Part shown: positions 30,011-41,147 of the stretch, piece after piece | Layout: every line of letters begins with the position of its first letter | Numbering within the stretch: position 1 is the first letter of the stretch | DNA from: an uncultured bacterium | GTDB lineage: Bacteria > Bacteroidota > Ignavibacteria > Kapaibacteriales > UBA2268 | Assembly: GCA_942493235.1 (NCBI GenBank) | Contig: OW818676.1 | Span: forward strand, 4,151,820 to 4,215,819 | Length of the DNA: 64,000 nucleotides | Direction: 5' to 3' | The notes under the pieces: model-generated | What the model was told of the DNA's origin: nothing | Database searches by the model: none | What the model saw: the letters and a program-made list of their open reading frames with translations, nothing else | Program-made: the position numbers and the translations under genes

Positions 30011-30457
30011 ATGATGGAAAAAGTTTTAAAGTCAGAAATACTTAAAATTAGCTCAAGAATGGTCTTGAGTATAATATTCATCTTCTTTGCAATTGACAAA
30101 ATAGCCGACCCTGTTCAATTTGCCAAAGAGATAAATAATTACAAAATACTGCCGGACTACCTGATTAATATATCGGCAATAATTCTACCTTGGATTGAAT
30201 TGTTTGTCGGCTTTTTGATTTTCATTGGCTCTAAAATCAAATCGGCATCCATTATTACAGCAGCGATGCTCATAGTGTTCATAATTGCTGTTTCAATCGC
30301 TATGGCAAAGGGGCTCAATATTAATTGCGGTTGTTCCGGCTCTTTAGCTCAAAAAGTTGGCTGGGCGAAAATAATTGAAAATATTAGTTTAATAATACTT
30401 TGTATTTATTTGTATGTATTTCCAGATTCAAGATTCTCTATCATGAAAAACGCATAA
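30011..30457 (+). CDS. DoxX/MauE-like small membrane protein
   Basis: 148 aa, four hydrophobic helices, CGC motif near the C-terminus; family assignment tentative. Confidence 0.45.
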   Translation: MMEKVLKSEILKISSRMVLSIIFIFFAIDKIADPVQFAKEINNYKILPDYLINISAIILPWIELFVGFLIFIGSKIKSASIITAAMLIVFIIAVSIAMAKGLNINCGCSGSLAQKVGWAKIIENISLIILCIYLYVFPDSRFSIMKNA

Positions 30458-30742
30458 AGCAAAACGAGACTTTTGCAAATATACGCAATTTCTATTTCAC
30501 TTTCATTTCTTCCAAATGCTTTAGAGTTGTAACCGTGGGATTGGAGTTTGGGGATTGTAACATGTGATAGTTAACCGGATTCATGGAGGTGTGAATTTGA
30601 AATAGAAAAAGTATCAATCACCCCCAAGCGATTTTAAGTATGTAAAAATACTGAAATGGAATAAATAAGAAATAAAAAGCAATGTAAGAATATCCTACAT
30701 TGCTTTTATTATAATAATCTATATGCGAAATCAATCGAATGA

Positions 30743-31342
30743 TTATAATTTTACTATTTTCATCTCAATTTTTTCTAAAGGATTATCATTAGCGTCTCTT
30801 GGGGAAGAAACGATTTTATCGGCAATTTCCATACCTGTAACTACTTCGCCGTAAATTGAATATTTGCCATCTAAAAATGTAGCATCAGCCACACAGATAA
30901 AGAATTGCGAAGATGCACTGTTTGGGTCATTTGAGCGAGCAGCTGAAATCATACCGCGTTTATGGCTCATTGTAGCACTAAATTCCGCCGGTACGCGAGT
31001 CTGGTTAGGATTACCAAAGCCCCAAGTAGATTTATCGCCTTTTACAGAATTCGGGTCGCCACCTTGAATCATAAACCCCGGAATTACTCTATGAAAGGCA
31101 GTTCCATCATAAGCTTTGGCAGCTACTAAACTATCAAAATTGTGAGTGTGCTTAGGAGCAATTTCAGCATAAAGCATAATTACGATTTTACCTAATTCTT
31201 TACCACTTTGGGTAACAGTTATTTCGTATTGTGGATTTTCCATTTTTGATTTTCCTTCTTTTTTGTTTGAGCCGTCTTGAGCATAAGTTGATAATACACT
31301 TAGCATTAAAACAGCAGTAAATAATGCAATTAATTTTTTCAT
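30743..31342 (-). CDS. Peptidyl-prolyl cis-trans isomerase, cyclophilin type, with signal peptide
   Basis: FHRVIPGFMIQGGDP cyclophilin signature; N-terminal signal. Confidence 0.9.
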   Translation of the reverse strand: MKKLIALFTAVLMLSVLSTYAQDGSNKKEGKSKMENPQYEITVTQSGKELGKIVIMLYAEIAPKHTHNFDSLVAAKAYDGTAFHRVIPGFMIQGGDPNSVKGDKSTWGFGNPNQTRVPAEFSATMSHKRGMISAARSNDPNSASSQFFICVADATFLDGKYSIYGEVVTGMEIADKIVSSPRDANDNPLEKIEMKIVKL

Positions 31343-31391
31343 TTAGATATTTCCTTTTTTTATTTTATAAAACTATTTTATATTTTTTTTA

Positions 31392-34300
31392 TTATTTTAT
31401 AACAGTTACGCTTTTATTTTCAATTTTGTTATCAGAGTATTTAATTCTTAATATATAAGTACCGCTAACAAAGTCTTTGGCATCAAGTACATAATCAGAA
31501 ATAATATCGCCGTTTAAATTCTTAATGCAAACGCTATTACCTGATAAATCAATTAATTCTAAACTTTTCGGTGTAGAGCTATTTAAGAATTTGACATATA
31601 TCATATCAGAGCTTGGATTAGGAGAGATAATCGAATTACTAATCACTCTATCGATTATTCCCAAACCATCTTCGGCTATAGCCTTTATATTTAATAATAT
31701 AGGAGTAATTTCTCCGCTATTGTAAATTTTTAAAACCGCCGATTTATCGCCTTTAGTTTTTGGGTAGTAGTTCAATTCAATTTCGGTAGTTTCTCCTACA
31801 CTAATTACTTTATCAAATTCATTATTTAAAACAAATTCATTCGTTGCTGTATTAGCTCCTGGAGAAATTTCAGAACCGCTAACAGAAATATCGACTATAC
31901 CCATATTCTTAATTTTAATATAAGCAGTATTTGTATCATTTACTTTTGCTGTGCCGAAGTCGTGCTCATCTCCGTCTATAAATGCTATTGTGTTTGAAGG
32001 CAGAGCTTCTTTGGCATAAGCGTTTAAAGTAATTATAAGCTCAGGCTCAATAGCATTGCTTCTTATTTTCAAATATGCAGTTTTTTTACCGACTGTTTTC
32101 GGTGAAAATTTAAATCTGAGTAAAATTGTTTCCATTGGTTCTATAGAACTAATATCAGCCGTAACTAAACTGAATTCATTAGCATTAGTATTTTCTCCGG
32201 GTTCGATTATTATCACGTCAATATCTGTGCTGATATTACCAATATTTTTAATTTTAATTGTTTTTGTTTTATTTTTAAATACCTCGGCTGTATCGCATTG
32301 TACTAAGTTACCATCTAAAGAGATTAGCTCACGCGTTCCGTTTAGTATATCGTATTTAAAGTTAAGTCTTCCGAATGTAGTACCGGCATCAAAAACTATT
32401 GCGGTATTAGGATTATATGAGTAAGCAGCTCCGATTTTAATTCCGCTTTTTCGTTTTGTTAAAATAGGTTTCCAGCTTATTCCTTTGTCAGAAGTAACTA
32501 CCACACTACCATTTTTTAATAGCATATAGAAATCAGCTGAATTATATACATTAAAAACAGACAATACATCATAGCCGAGAGTAGTTAAATTAATATTTGT
32601 CGGAGTCCAGTTCGCTCCGCCATCATCTGTAAAAGCAAGAAATGAATTAGCTCCGCTTTGCTTATTAAAGACCGCCATACCATTGAGTGCTGTACTAAAT
32701 ACTATATAATGAATTTCCAAAGCACCGCTAATAGTTGAGGTTGACCAGCTTGCTCCTTTGTTATTAGTATAGACTACTCTGCCCTTTGTAGTTCCAAAAG
32801 CTCCTTTATCTTCATACCAGCAACTTGAAGTATTAATACTTGTTTCTGCGGCTAAAGAGACAATCGGATTGCTGATTGACTCCCAAGTAGTTCCAGCATC
32901 AATGGTACGTACTATTCCCCAAGTACCGTTTTTAGGATCACCAATTACTACCCCGATACTGTTTTCAAAAAAATGTATATCATTAATAAATGTAGTAAAT
33001 GAACTCAGATCTTTTTCTGTCCAAGACTCGCCTGTATTTTCGGTATAATAGACCTTTTTCTCGTAATTACTGCTTGATGCTAAATATGCGGAACTCGCAC
33101 TAAATGCATGTACAGCTGTAATCGGGCTACTTGACACTTCATTATAGAAAATATAATTATTTGCAGTTTGCTTCAAAAAGCCACCGCTATAATTATAACC
33201 ATTACCAAATAAAGGACCATAGCCAACATACCAGCACACATCCTTACTCGGTGCATAAGCATCATAGAATTCTGGCAAATAAGAAGAAGGTAGTTCATAG
33301 TCAATTGTATAAGTATTTTTATTATTTGAAATATTGACCGGTATTGCTATCATCTCATAGTCTAAATAATTATCAGCTTCATAATAAACTACTAATTTCA
33401 TGTAACCAGAAAACCAAGGATTATCTGCTGTCAATGCAATAGTCGGGGTAATAGTCTTATTTGTTAATGAATCAAAATTTTCTAATGTAAAGCTATTGTT
33501 AGTAATCACAAAACCTTTATCCGGTGAAGATATAGTAACAATGCAATTATTAGCAGGGGCAAGATAGTTTTTCAATGTGATTTTGTAAGGTCTCGCTGTA
33601 TTATCTATTAATTCAGATGCTAAACCATCAGTAAACTCAGATTTAACTATACCAATGCCGGGTACTTGTTTGCTTTGGTCATCAGAATTATATGTTACCG
33701 CTTGGTATGCATCAGCTATACCAAAGAATAGCTCGCTACCGTTAGTTTCTTGAATATTTTTATTGGCAGTACTTCTAATCTGATGATAAACTTGCTGAGG
33801 AGACCATTCGGGATGAATTGTCTTAACTAACGCAGCTATTCCGGCAATATAAGGTGAAGAAAATGATGTCCCGTCCGTAGTAGTATATTGATTACTTGCA
33901 TCAGTAGTATAAATTCGAGAACCGGGAGCAAATACCCCTACCGAATAGCCATAATTTGTAAAATCAGACGCTGATTTTGCTGAAGTTACAGAGCCAATAC
34001 TAAAAGCATTGCTAAAGTTAGCAGGATAAAACTTAGTATCATCGGTATTTGAGTAATCATTACCTGATGAAACTATCAGGCAGGCTCCCTTTGATGCAGC
34101 ATAATTAATTACAGCTTCTTCAGAAGCACTATATCCCTGACCGCCCCAAGAACAGTTAATTACCTGTGCCCCAAGTTTAGCAGCATAAGTAATGCCTGCA
34201 TATCCGTTATAAATCCCGGAAACACCGGATATTGATGAACCGCATTTTATAGGGATAATTTTACAGTTAAAACCAATACCCGCAACGCCCATATTGTTGT

Positions 34301-35174
34301 CCGTGGTCGCACTTGCACATCCTGCTACAGAAGTACCATGAGTATTAACTAAATTCGTTGGGTCGTTATCTTCACGAAAATTACCACTATTTATATCTGA
34401 GATACTGCTTGTAGCACAGAAATCCCAACCGTGAACATCATCAATTTTTCCGTTTTTATCATCATCGACTCCGTTGCCGGCAATTTCGTTTGGATTAGTC
34501 CAGATATTTGCGGCTAAGTCTTTGTGATTAATGTCAACTCCTGAGTCAACAATTGCAATTTTAACTGTATCGCTACCTTTAGTAACGCCCCAAGCTTTAA
34601 ACATATTTAAGATAGTTAAACCATATTGCAAATTTACATTTGAATCATTCGGAGTAAAGTCGTGCTGCTCCCTTATATAAACAGGGCAAGCAAATTCAAC
34701 ATCAGGATTGCTCATCAGCTCTGAGCAAATGTTATATGGGTCATCTTGAGAGTCATATCTGACTTCATAAATTCTATCTATACCAAATGTATTAGCTTGA
34801 TTATCGGAAATAATTAATTCCGAAGGTATAAATTTCTTTATGCTTGTTGCTTTAATTGAATTAAGAGCATTATTCAAATAATTTATTCCGTTAAATCGTG
34901 CTCCGCTGACTATCGAAGTAATTGCTTTAGTTTTAATATGAATCACACCTTTAACAATGTACTTATCTTCGATACGATCGATAGTTCTAATACTAAAATT
35001 TCCATCTCCATTAGTGCCGGGAACTAATACGGTATATTGCTCTACATTACCGTCAGAATTATGTTTAATAACTGATTTAAATTTGCTTGGATTTTCAAAC
35101 GGAGCTGCATATAGCCCCATACTAAAAAGACCTAACAAAGCAATCATGAAAATAGCTTTGTAGAATTTACTCAT
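31392..35174 (-). CDS. Secreted subtilisin-family (S8) serine peptidase with BNR/sortilin-like repeats and T9SS C-terminal sorting domain
   Basis: Asp (IAIVDSGVD), His (THGTSVAG) and Ser (GTSFSSPYIAG) active-site motifs; repeated S/T-x-D-x-G-x-(S/T)-W blocks; C-terminus SPNPSSDMIYVKF...GTYILRI T9SS tail. Confidence 0.85.
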   Translation of the reverse strand: MSKFYKAIFMIALLGLFSMGLYAAPFENPSKFKSVIKHNSDGNVEQYTVLVPGTNGDGNFSIRTIDRIEDKYIVKGVIHIKTKAITSIVSGARFNGINYLNNALNSIKATSIKKFIPSELIISDNQANTFGIDRIYEVRYDSQDDPYNICSELMSNPDVEFACPVYIREQHDFTPNDSNVNLQYGLTILNMFKAWGVTKGSDTVKIAIVDSGVDINHKDLAANIWTNPNEIAGNGVDDDKNGKIDDVHGWDFCATSSISDINSGNFREDNDPTNLVNTHGTSVAGCASATTDNNMGVAGIGFNCKIIPIKCGSSISGVSGIYNGYAGITYAAKLGAQVINCSWGGQGYSASEEAVINYAASKGACLIVSSGNDYSNTDDTKFYPANFSNAFSIGSVTSAKSASDFTNYGYSVGVFAPGSRIYTTDASNQYTTTDGTSFSSPYIAGIAALVKTIHPEWSPQQVYHQIRSTANKNIQETNGSELFFGIADAYQAVTYNSDDQSKQVPGIGIVKSEFTDGLASELIDNTARPYKITLKNYLAPANNCIVTISSPDKGFVITNNSFTLENFDSLTNKTITPTIALTADNPWFSGYMKLVVYYEADNYLDYEMIAIPVNISNNKNTYTIDYELPSSYLPEFYDAYAPSKDVCWYVGYGPLFGNGYNYSGGFLKQTANNYIFYNEVSSSPITAVHAFSASSAYLASSSNYEKKVYYTENTGESWTEKDLSSFTTFINDIHFFENSIGVVIGDPKNGTWGIVRTIDAGTTWESISNPIVSLAAETSINTSSCWYEDKGAFGTTKGRVVYTNNKGASWSTSTISGALEIHYIVFSTALNGMAVFNKQSGANSFLAFTDDGGANWTPTNINLTTLGYDVLSVFNVYNSADFYMLLKNGSVVVTSDKGISWKPILTKRKSGIKIGAAYSYNPNTAIVFDAGTTFGRLNFKYDILNGTRELISLDGNLVQCDTAEVFKNKTKTIKIKNIGNISTDIDVIIIEPGENTNANEFSLVTADISSIEPMETILLRFKFSPKTVGKKTAYLKIRSNAIEPELIITLNAYAKEALPSNTIAFIDGDEHDFGTAKVNDTNTAYIKIKNMGIVDISVSGSEISPGANTATNEFVLNNEFDKVISVGETTEIELNYYPKTKGDKSAVLKIYNSGEITPILLNIKAIAEDGLGIIDRVISNSIISPNPSSDMIYVKFLNSSTPKSLELIDLSGNSVCIKNLNGDIISDYVLDAKDFVSGTYILRIKYSDNKIENKSVTVIK

Positions 35175-35199
35175 TTATTCCCTCCATTTATCATAATAA

Positions 35200-37173
35200 T
35201 TAATAATCCTGAATAATATACACTGTATAGCCCTTAGTTTTAGAACCTCCGAAAACAAACGAATAGCTTTTGCTGTGTATCATATTTACTTCATCAAGCC
35301 TGAATAATAATTCTTGACTAATCGAATTAAAGAAAAATAAACTGAAATTTCTCTCTTTAGTCTCTTTTTGAAAAGCTGAGCTTGATAAATAGTTGACGGC
35401 ATCTGCAATAACAGTACCGGTATCAGAATCCATTCTAACAGTCATAAGTTCAATATCTTTTGCAGCATTAATAAACCTTCTCTGTGAATATGCCATTACA
35501 TCAACTAAAGGCGGAGTTGGTAAATTAATCAATTCAATATTATTCTGGTCGCCGGTAGCAACTAAAATATTTCTTTTATCATCAGTTACATCAAAACCGA
35601 ATGGATAGCCATTGAGTACAATAGAATTAGCCCCCAGCTCAGACACAGTTGCAATCCCTGTCGGATAATCAACAGCTGCTTCGGCTAAAATATCAGAATA
35701 ATTTACGCTTATGGAATTCATACCCGGCACAATATTAACAAATTGTAGAAATTGTTTATTATCAAGCTGAGTAATGTTAGCATTTTCTTGCGTTTCTTCT
35801 GTTACATATAATGCGGGATTATCCGTCGAATTTTTATAAATAACAAATAAATAGCTCTTCCCCGGCTCTAAAATAGTTTTAGTCGAAAGCACTAATTTAC
35901 CCGGTTGAGCTGAAGTAAATAATGTAATTGGCAAAGTTTTCGGGCTACTACCTAAATAGATATTATTTAATTCGGAAATTTTAGAATAATTAACCTTAGT
36001 AGCTAATATTTCTCCCAAAGTATATTTCTTTGTACTTGTGTCTGCTCTGGCACCAACCGATAAAGTAGCTCCCTCTATATCTTCGTTAGCATTGATTACT
36101 CTTATTAATGCCAAATTATTATACGAATAGTCGGGTGCTGCCTTCGGAATAATATATGACTGCCCTGCTTTTTTATTTTTTGTATCTAATGTTACAAATG
36201 TATATTTATCATTCACACTTAGAGATAATGGCTGAACCGAAGAAACGAATGTTCCGTTAACAGCCGCAATAGTATCCATAAATCCGCTTGAGCAAGCTGA
36301 AACCGGTTTATAATAACCGATATGGTTAGCCCCGGCAGCTGTCTCAATCAATTCATCAGGAATTTTCTTTATATCTAATGCTTCTGTTGAGAAATTGATT
36401 GTTCTAACGTAAGCAGTCTTTTCAAAAATCTGAGGAACAGTATATAGAGCAGATACTTCATTACTCATCTCGTTTAGCAACCTAAATTCGGGAGCACCAT
36501 TAATATCTTCTGAAATTACTATTGTATATTGATAATCCTTAGCTAAATCTAAATCATATAAGCCGAGAATCTCTGTACCGGCACTGGAATTTTTCATAAA
36601 TGAGACAGGGACTGAGCCTGCTCTTACTGTTACTTGGCTTGAAATCTGTTTATACCCGACATTAGCGGCTAATGTTAAGCCATTAGGGCAACCCTGAGTA
36701 ATCGAAAAGTTGACAGTTGAATCCGGATAACCGTTAAATACTTTAAGATATGAATTTACAGTATTTTCTCCCAAGCCTACCGAAGTAGAAAAATATAACA
36801 GAGTATCAACAGCATTATTTCTAATTGCATTTTTCGGAGAGGGCAGGCAGAAAGCCGAATAGAAAGTTTCCCTAAGGAATTTTATTTTTTTTGTTAAATT
36901 ATATTCTGTTATGCTATTCTTGGTAATTGATGCAATTATTGAATCCGCCGGTGGAGTAACAGCAGCAGATGTATTATCAAATTCAACAGGACCGAGAATT
37001 TTCTCAGGAGACATTTTAAGGATTCTTGCTTCTTTATCAGCAGCGAAATTCATAAAGCGGATACGAACAGTCTCGTTTTGAGGCTTAGGATTTACTAAAT
37101 CAGGATTTTCGTCAATACAAGATGTCAGCAGAATAACTACAAGCAATATCAGAGACTTAATTCTATTATCCAT
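35200..37173 (-). CDS. Hypothetical exported lipoprotein (657 aa)
   Basis: Signal peptide ending LLTSC; no recognisable catalytic motif; same strand and 25 bp downstream of the S8 peptidase gene. Confidence 0.45.
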   Translation of the reverse strand: MDNRIKSLILLVVILLTSCIDENPDLVNPKPQNETVRIRFMNFAADKEARILKMSPEKILGPVEFDNTSAAVTPPADSIIASITKNSITEYNLTKKIKFLRETFYSAFCLPSPKNAIRNNAVDTLLYFSTSVGLGENTVNSYLKVFNGYPDSTVNFSITQGCPNGLTLAANVGYKQISSQVTVRAGSVPVSFMKNSSAGTEILGLYDLDLAKDYQYTIVISEDINGAPEFRLLNEMSNEVSALYTVPQIFEKTAYVRTINFSTEALDIKKIPDELIETAAGANHIGYYKPVSACSSGFMDTIAAVNGTFVSSVQPLSLSVNDKYTFVTLDTKNKKAGQSYIIPKAAPDYSYNNLALIRVINANEDIEGATLSVGARADTSTKKYTLGEILATKVNYSKISELNNIYLGSSPKTLPITLFTSAQPGKLVLSTKTILEPGKSYLFVIYKNSTDNPALYVTEETQENANITQLDNKQFLQFVNIVPGMNSISVNYSDILAEAAVDYPTGIATVSELGANSIVLNGYPFGFDVTDDKRNILVATGDQNNIELINLPTPPLVDVMAYSQRRFINAAKDIELMTVRMDSDTGTVIADAVNYLSSSAFQKETKERNFSLFFFNSISQELLFRLDEVNMIHSKSYSFVFGGSKTKGYTVYIIQDY

Positions 37174-37293
37174 CTATTCCTCAAAATATATAATAATTCA
37201 ATTTTTGCTTTTATAAATAAATACAATTTATACAAAGTTCTAAATTAATCAATTTTTTTAAAAATATCAATTATATATATTATTTGGGCTAAT

Positions 37294-37884
37294 TTATAAT
37301 CTGATTTTTAAAGAATTATAGACGATGTTTTTACTTAATTCTTTTATTTCACCGGAAATAAATCCCTTAATATTTAATTCTTCAATCGAATATCGAATTA
37401 ATCTAAGCGTAGGATAGCCTACCGAAGCAGTCATTTTACGAACTTGTCGGTTCTTACCTTCGCTGATTGTGATTTTAAGCCATGTAGTAGGAATATTTGC
37501 TCTATATCGGATAGCCGGAATTCTCTCGGGCAAGTCCGGCTCTTCCATAATGCTGACATCCGCCGCTAATGTCCTGTGAATTTGTCCATTTATGTTAATA
37601 TCTACTCCCGAGCAGAGCGAATTAATTGACTCATTGTTTACTTGTCCCTCTACCTGTGCAAAATAAGTTTTCCTACATTTCGATTTTGGATTAATCACTT
37701 TAGTTTTTAGATAATTATCATTAGTCAGCACAAGCATGCCCTCCGAGTCGTAGTCTAATCTACCCACAGAATAAACATCTTTGGGTAATTGATATAAATC
37801 ATTCAGAGTTAGCTTACCATCTTGAGCAGTAAACTGCGATAGTACCCTAAAGGGCTTATAAATAACATAATAGCAATTAGTCAT
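37294..37884 (-). CDS. rRNA pseudouridine synthase, RsuA/RluE family
   Basis: VGRLDYDSEGMLVLTND catalytic Asp motif; 196 aa, no S4 domain. Confidence 0.8.
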   Translation of the reverse strand: MTNCYYVIYKPFRVLSQFTAQDGKLTLNDLYQLPKDVYSVGRLDYDSEGMLVLTNDNYLKTKVINPKSKCRKTYFAQVEGQVNNESINSLCSGVDININGQIHRTLAADVSIMEEPDLPERIPAIRYRANIPTTWLKITISEGKNRQVRKMTASVGYPTLRLIRYSIEELNIKGFISGEIKELSKNIVYNSLKIRL

Positions 37885-37890
37885 AATTCT

Positions 37891-39351
37891 TCAGCTCCCC
37901 GGGATTTCAATTGTAAAGACAGAACCATAGCCAATTTCGCTTTCAGCATATATTCTGCCTCGATTTATTTCAGCAAATTCTTTGCATAAAATCAAGCCGA
38001 GTCCGGTACCTTTTTCTTTATTTGTTCCTACAGTAGTATGATGTTCATCTATTCTGAATATTTTCGTAATATTTTCATTGCTGATTCCTACGCCGGTATC
38101 CCGAACAATTATGCGAACAATTTCATTGCCGGACTGAGTGAGTTTCCGTGCTGAAATCTGAACTCTGCCACCGCTCGGCGTAAATTTTATCGCATTGGAA
38201 ATCACATTCATAAGCATCACTCCCAGCATATAAATATCAGCAAATACAATTGTTTCATCATTTATGTCATTAATATCATTTATAATACTTACATTTTTAT
38301 TCTTTGCCAAAAGCTCAAATTGTGAAAGGATATTTGGTACTAAGCTTTTTAAATTAACTAAATCCGGTTTGTATTTGATTTTGCCGGATTGAGTCCTTGC
38401 CCAATTAAGCAGGTTATCAAGCATGTCGCAGACTAAGTCAACAGCCTTGTCTATAGAGACGGCAATATCTTTAATCTGCTCGATCTCCATTTTCTCCGGT
38501 TGCTTGATTAATTCCAAATATGTTTTAATTGCCGATAAAGGATTTTTCAAGTCGTGAGATATGATAGAGAAAAATGTATCTTTTGCCAAATTGGCTTCAT
38601 TAAGTTTTATATTTAATGTTTCAAATTCAGTATTCTGCTGCAATATTTGCATATTAGTTTCTACTAATCTTTGATTTAAAGCTTCTAACTCTTCCTTTTG
38701 AAGATTAATCATGTCGTTTTTTTCGTTTAACTCGGTGTTTACAATTTCCACATTTTGTCTGGCTAATTGGTGCTTCTCCTTCTCATTGTGGTAGTTATCC
38801 ATTACATAGCTGATTAATCCCCATAGAACAAATATGCAATAGGACACTGTCAGAAGCAAATCATAAAATCGATCATCAAAGCTTTTATATGGAATTACTG
38901 AATTAGGATAATAATATTGGATAAAATATAATGACAAAATTACAAGTAAATAAGCAATAGTAATTTTCAACTGATGCCGTACAGGAGTAACCATGATTGA
39001 TATTATCAGAGTATTGAAAAACAAAATGATATTTGCTGAGTCAAACCCGCCGTTAAAAAGCCAGACAACTGCAACAGTCGAAATACAGCAAAATACATAC
39101 GGTATTACATACTTAGAATAATTTTTCTTAAATCGCGATTGATAATAAAAAAATATTAGTAATAGCAGAATTAATAATGGAAATATTATTAAAAATAATC
39201 CCATACCGAGAATCATATTTACCAATGAGCCGAAAAAGCACATAAACATACTCATAAAGCTGGTAATATTGAATATTCTTTCCTCTAAGGATAGCTCATC
39301 TATTTTTCCGAAAACGGCTTCTTTAAACTTACTATATTGTTTGCTCATCAA
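37891..39351 (-). CDS. Membrane sensor histidine kinase with N-terminal 7TM-receptor-like domain
   Basis: ~7 hydrophobic helices, coiled coil, H-box FFSIISHDLKNPLSAI, G-box GTGLGLILCKEF. Confidence 0.8.
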   Translation of the reverse strand: MMSKQYSKFKEAVFGKIDELSLEERIFNITSFMSMFMCFFGSLVNMILGMGLFLIIFPLLILLLLIFFYYQSRFKKNYSKYVIPYVFCCISTVAVVWLFNGGFDSANIILFFNTLIISIMVTPVRHQLKITIAYLLVILSLYFIQYYYPNSVIPYKSFDDRFYDLLLTVSYCIFVLWGLISYVMDNYHNEKEKHQLARQNVEIVNTELNEKNDMINLQKEELEALNQRLVETNMQILQQNTEFETLNIKLNEANLAKDTFFSIISHDLKNPLSAIKTYLELIKQPEKMEIEQIKDIAVSIDKAVDLVCDMLDNLLNWARTQSGKIKYKPDLVNLKSLVPNILSQFELLAKNKNVSIINDINDINDETIVFADIYMLGVMLMNVISNAIKFTPSGGRVQISARKLTQSGNEIVRIIVRDTGVGISNENITKIFRIDEHHTTVGTNKEKGTGLGLILCKEFAEINRGRIYAESEIGYGSVFTIEIPGS

Positions 39352-39500
39352 TTTTTTGGTATTTAATATAACAATAGTGCGTATTTTTGTTTGGTATTAA
39401 TTTAATATCATTATAATTATTTGATTAATACTCATACACAATATATAAAAAACCTTGCCAAAAATGTATTTCAGCAAGGTTTTTTTTTATTTTTATTTGA

Positions 39501-40292
39501 TTATACTTTGTTTTTTTTCAAAGACATTATAATAAGCACAATACCGAATATAACAAACGGAATGCTATAGTACTGCCCCAAGTGAAAAGATAATGTATTT
39601 TCAAAGTCAACCTGAACATCTTTTGCGTACTCAATCAGAAAGCGAGCAGTAAACATAACTGTTAGGAAAATGCCGGCAAGTAATCCTTTGGGTAATTTTG
39701 CGGATTTGATTTTATAGATAATCAGCAAAATTGCAAATAATGCAAAGTAGGTAATTGCTTCGTATAATTGAGCAGGGTGCCTTGGTATCATGTCTATTCT
39801 CGGAAAAGTAACAGACCAAGGTAAGTCAGCTGGTTTGCCAAGAATTTCTGAGTTAATGAAATTGCCCAAACGAACACATGCGGCAACAAAAGCAATCACA
39901 ATACAAAGCCGGTCAGAAATCCAGTAGAAATTTATATCTCTGTTTCGATATAGAAATAGTCCCAAGGCTACAACTATTCCGACAGCTCCGCCGTGTGAAG
40001 CAAGCCCTCCCTCCCACACATATAGTATTCTTACAGGGTCTGCCAGATATACACCCGGGTCATAAAGCAAGCAATGGCCAAGCCTTGCCCCGACAACGGT
40101 CGCAATTATCATATAGAAGGTTAGCGATTCCAAAGCCGGAATACGGGCGTTTTCTCTTCTGAATATCCATAGCATTACTTGATATGCCACTATGAAACCT
40201 ATTGCAAATAATAATCCATACCAACGTATCGGTAACCAATCCACTATTTGAGGTTGAACGTCCCAGATAAATCCTGCAATTTGACTATTCAT
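39501..40292 (-). CDS. lgt: Prolipoprotein diacylglyceryl transferase
   Basis: Lgt signature around GARLGHCLLYD...VRLGNFINSEILG; polytopic membrane protein. Confidence 0.85.
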   Translation of the reverse strand: MNSQIAGFIWDVQPQIVDWLPIRWYGLLFAIGFIVAYQVMLWIFRRENARIPALESLTFYMIIATVVGARLGHCLLYDPGVYLADPVRILYVWEGGLASHGGAVGIVVALGLFLYRNRDINFYWISDRLCIVIAFVAACVRLGNFINSEILGKPADLPWSVTFPRIDMIPRHPAQLYEAITYFALFAILLIIYKIKSAKLPKGLLAGIFLTVMFTARFLIEYAKDVQVDFENTLSFHLGQYYSIPFVIFGIVLIIMSLKKNKV

Positions 40293-40309
40293 TAGATTCT
40301 CGTAAAGTT

Positions 40310-41146
40310 TTACTTAATAAAATAAGAGAGAACAACTATACCAAGTATAATTCTATATACTACGAATATATATGTAGTTCGAGTCTTCAAAAATTTAATT
40401 AATAACGCAATTGATGCGTATCCACTAATTGCAGCTGCCAATGTAGCCACAGATAGTGCTAAAATATCGCTTGAATTAATATATTCCAAACTCTGATAAA
40501 ATTCTAATATTCCACTTGCCATCACAGCAGGGATACTTAACAAAAAAGAGAATTTAGCAGCGGTATCTCGTTTCATTCCAAGGAACAAACCGGCAGTAAT
40601 AGTAGTGCCTGAGCGTGATGCTCCGGGAATTAATGCAAGGCATTGAGCTAATCCGACTACAAGAGCATCTTTTAATGTTAAGTCTTTATTTTCTTTTTTA
40701 AATTTGCCGAATTTCTCGGCGACAGCTAAAATCAATGCCAATACTATCAAACTAATACCGATAATAATCGGGTCTTTAGTAAATTCACCTTCGATTACTT
40801 TTTTGATTAGCAAGCCAATCGCTACTATAGGAATAGTACCTAAAGTAATAAAATAAGCAAACTTTGAGTTCGTGCTTTGCTCTTTATATGGTAATTTACC
40901 TGTACCGAAATTTTCCCTAAAAAATGCTAAGGGAATATCGCGAATCTCTTTTGCAAAATATACAAATACAGCAAGCAATGTACCCAATTGAATAGTTGCC
41001 ATAAAAGATGTCCACTTCTCGGGATGAGCTGAATCAATGCTGCCGAACAAATGCCCGGCAAGAGTTAAATGAGCTGTTGAACTAATCGGAATAAATTCGG
41101 AAAGCCCCTGAATTAATCCTAAGATAATAGCTGTAAAAACATCCAT
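40310..41146 (-). CDS. uppP: Undecaprenyl-diphosphatase
   Basis: MDVFTAIILGLIQGLSEFIPISSTAHL N-terminus and SRSGTTITAGL motif. Confidence 0.9.
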   Translation of the reverse strand: MDVFTAIILGLIQGLSEFIPISSTAHLTLAGHLFGSIDSAHPEKWTSFMATIQLGTLLAVFVYFAKEIRDIPLAFFRENFGTGKLPYKEQSTNSKFAYFITLGTIPIVAIGLLIKKVIEGEFTKDPIIIGISLIVLALILAVAEKFGKFKKENKDLTLKDALVVGLAQCLALIPGASRSGTTITAGLFLGMKRDTAAKFSFLLSIPAVMASGILEFYQSLEYINSSDILALSVATLAAAISGYASIALLIKFLKTRTTYIFVVYRIILGIVVLSYFIK

Positions 41147-41147
41147 A

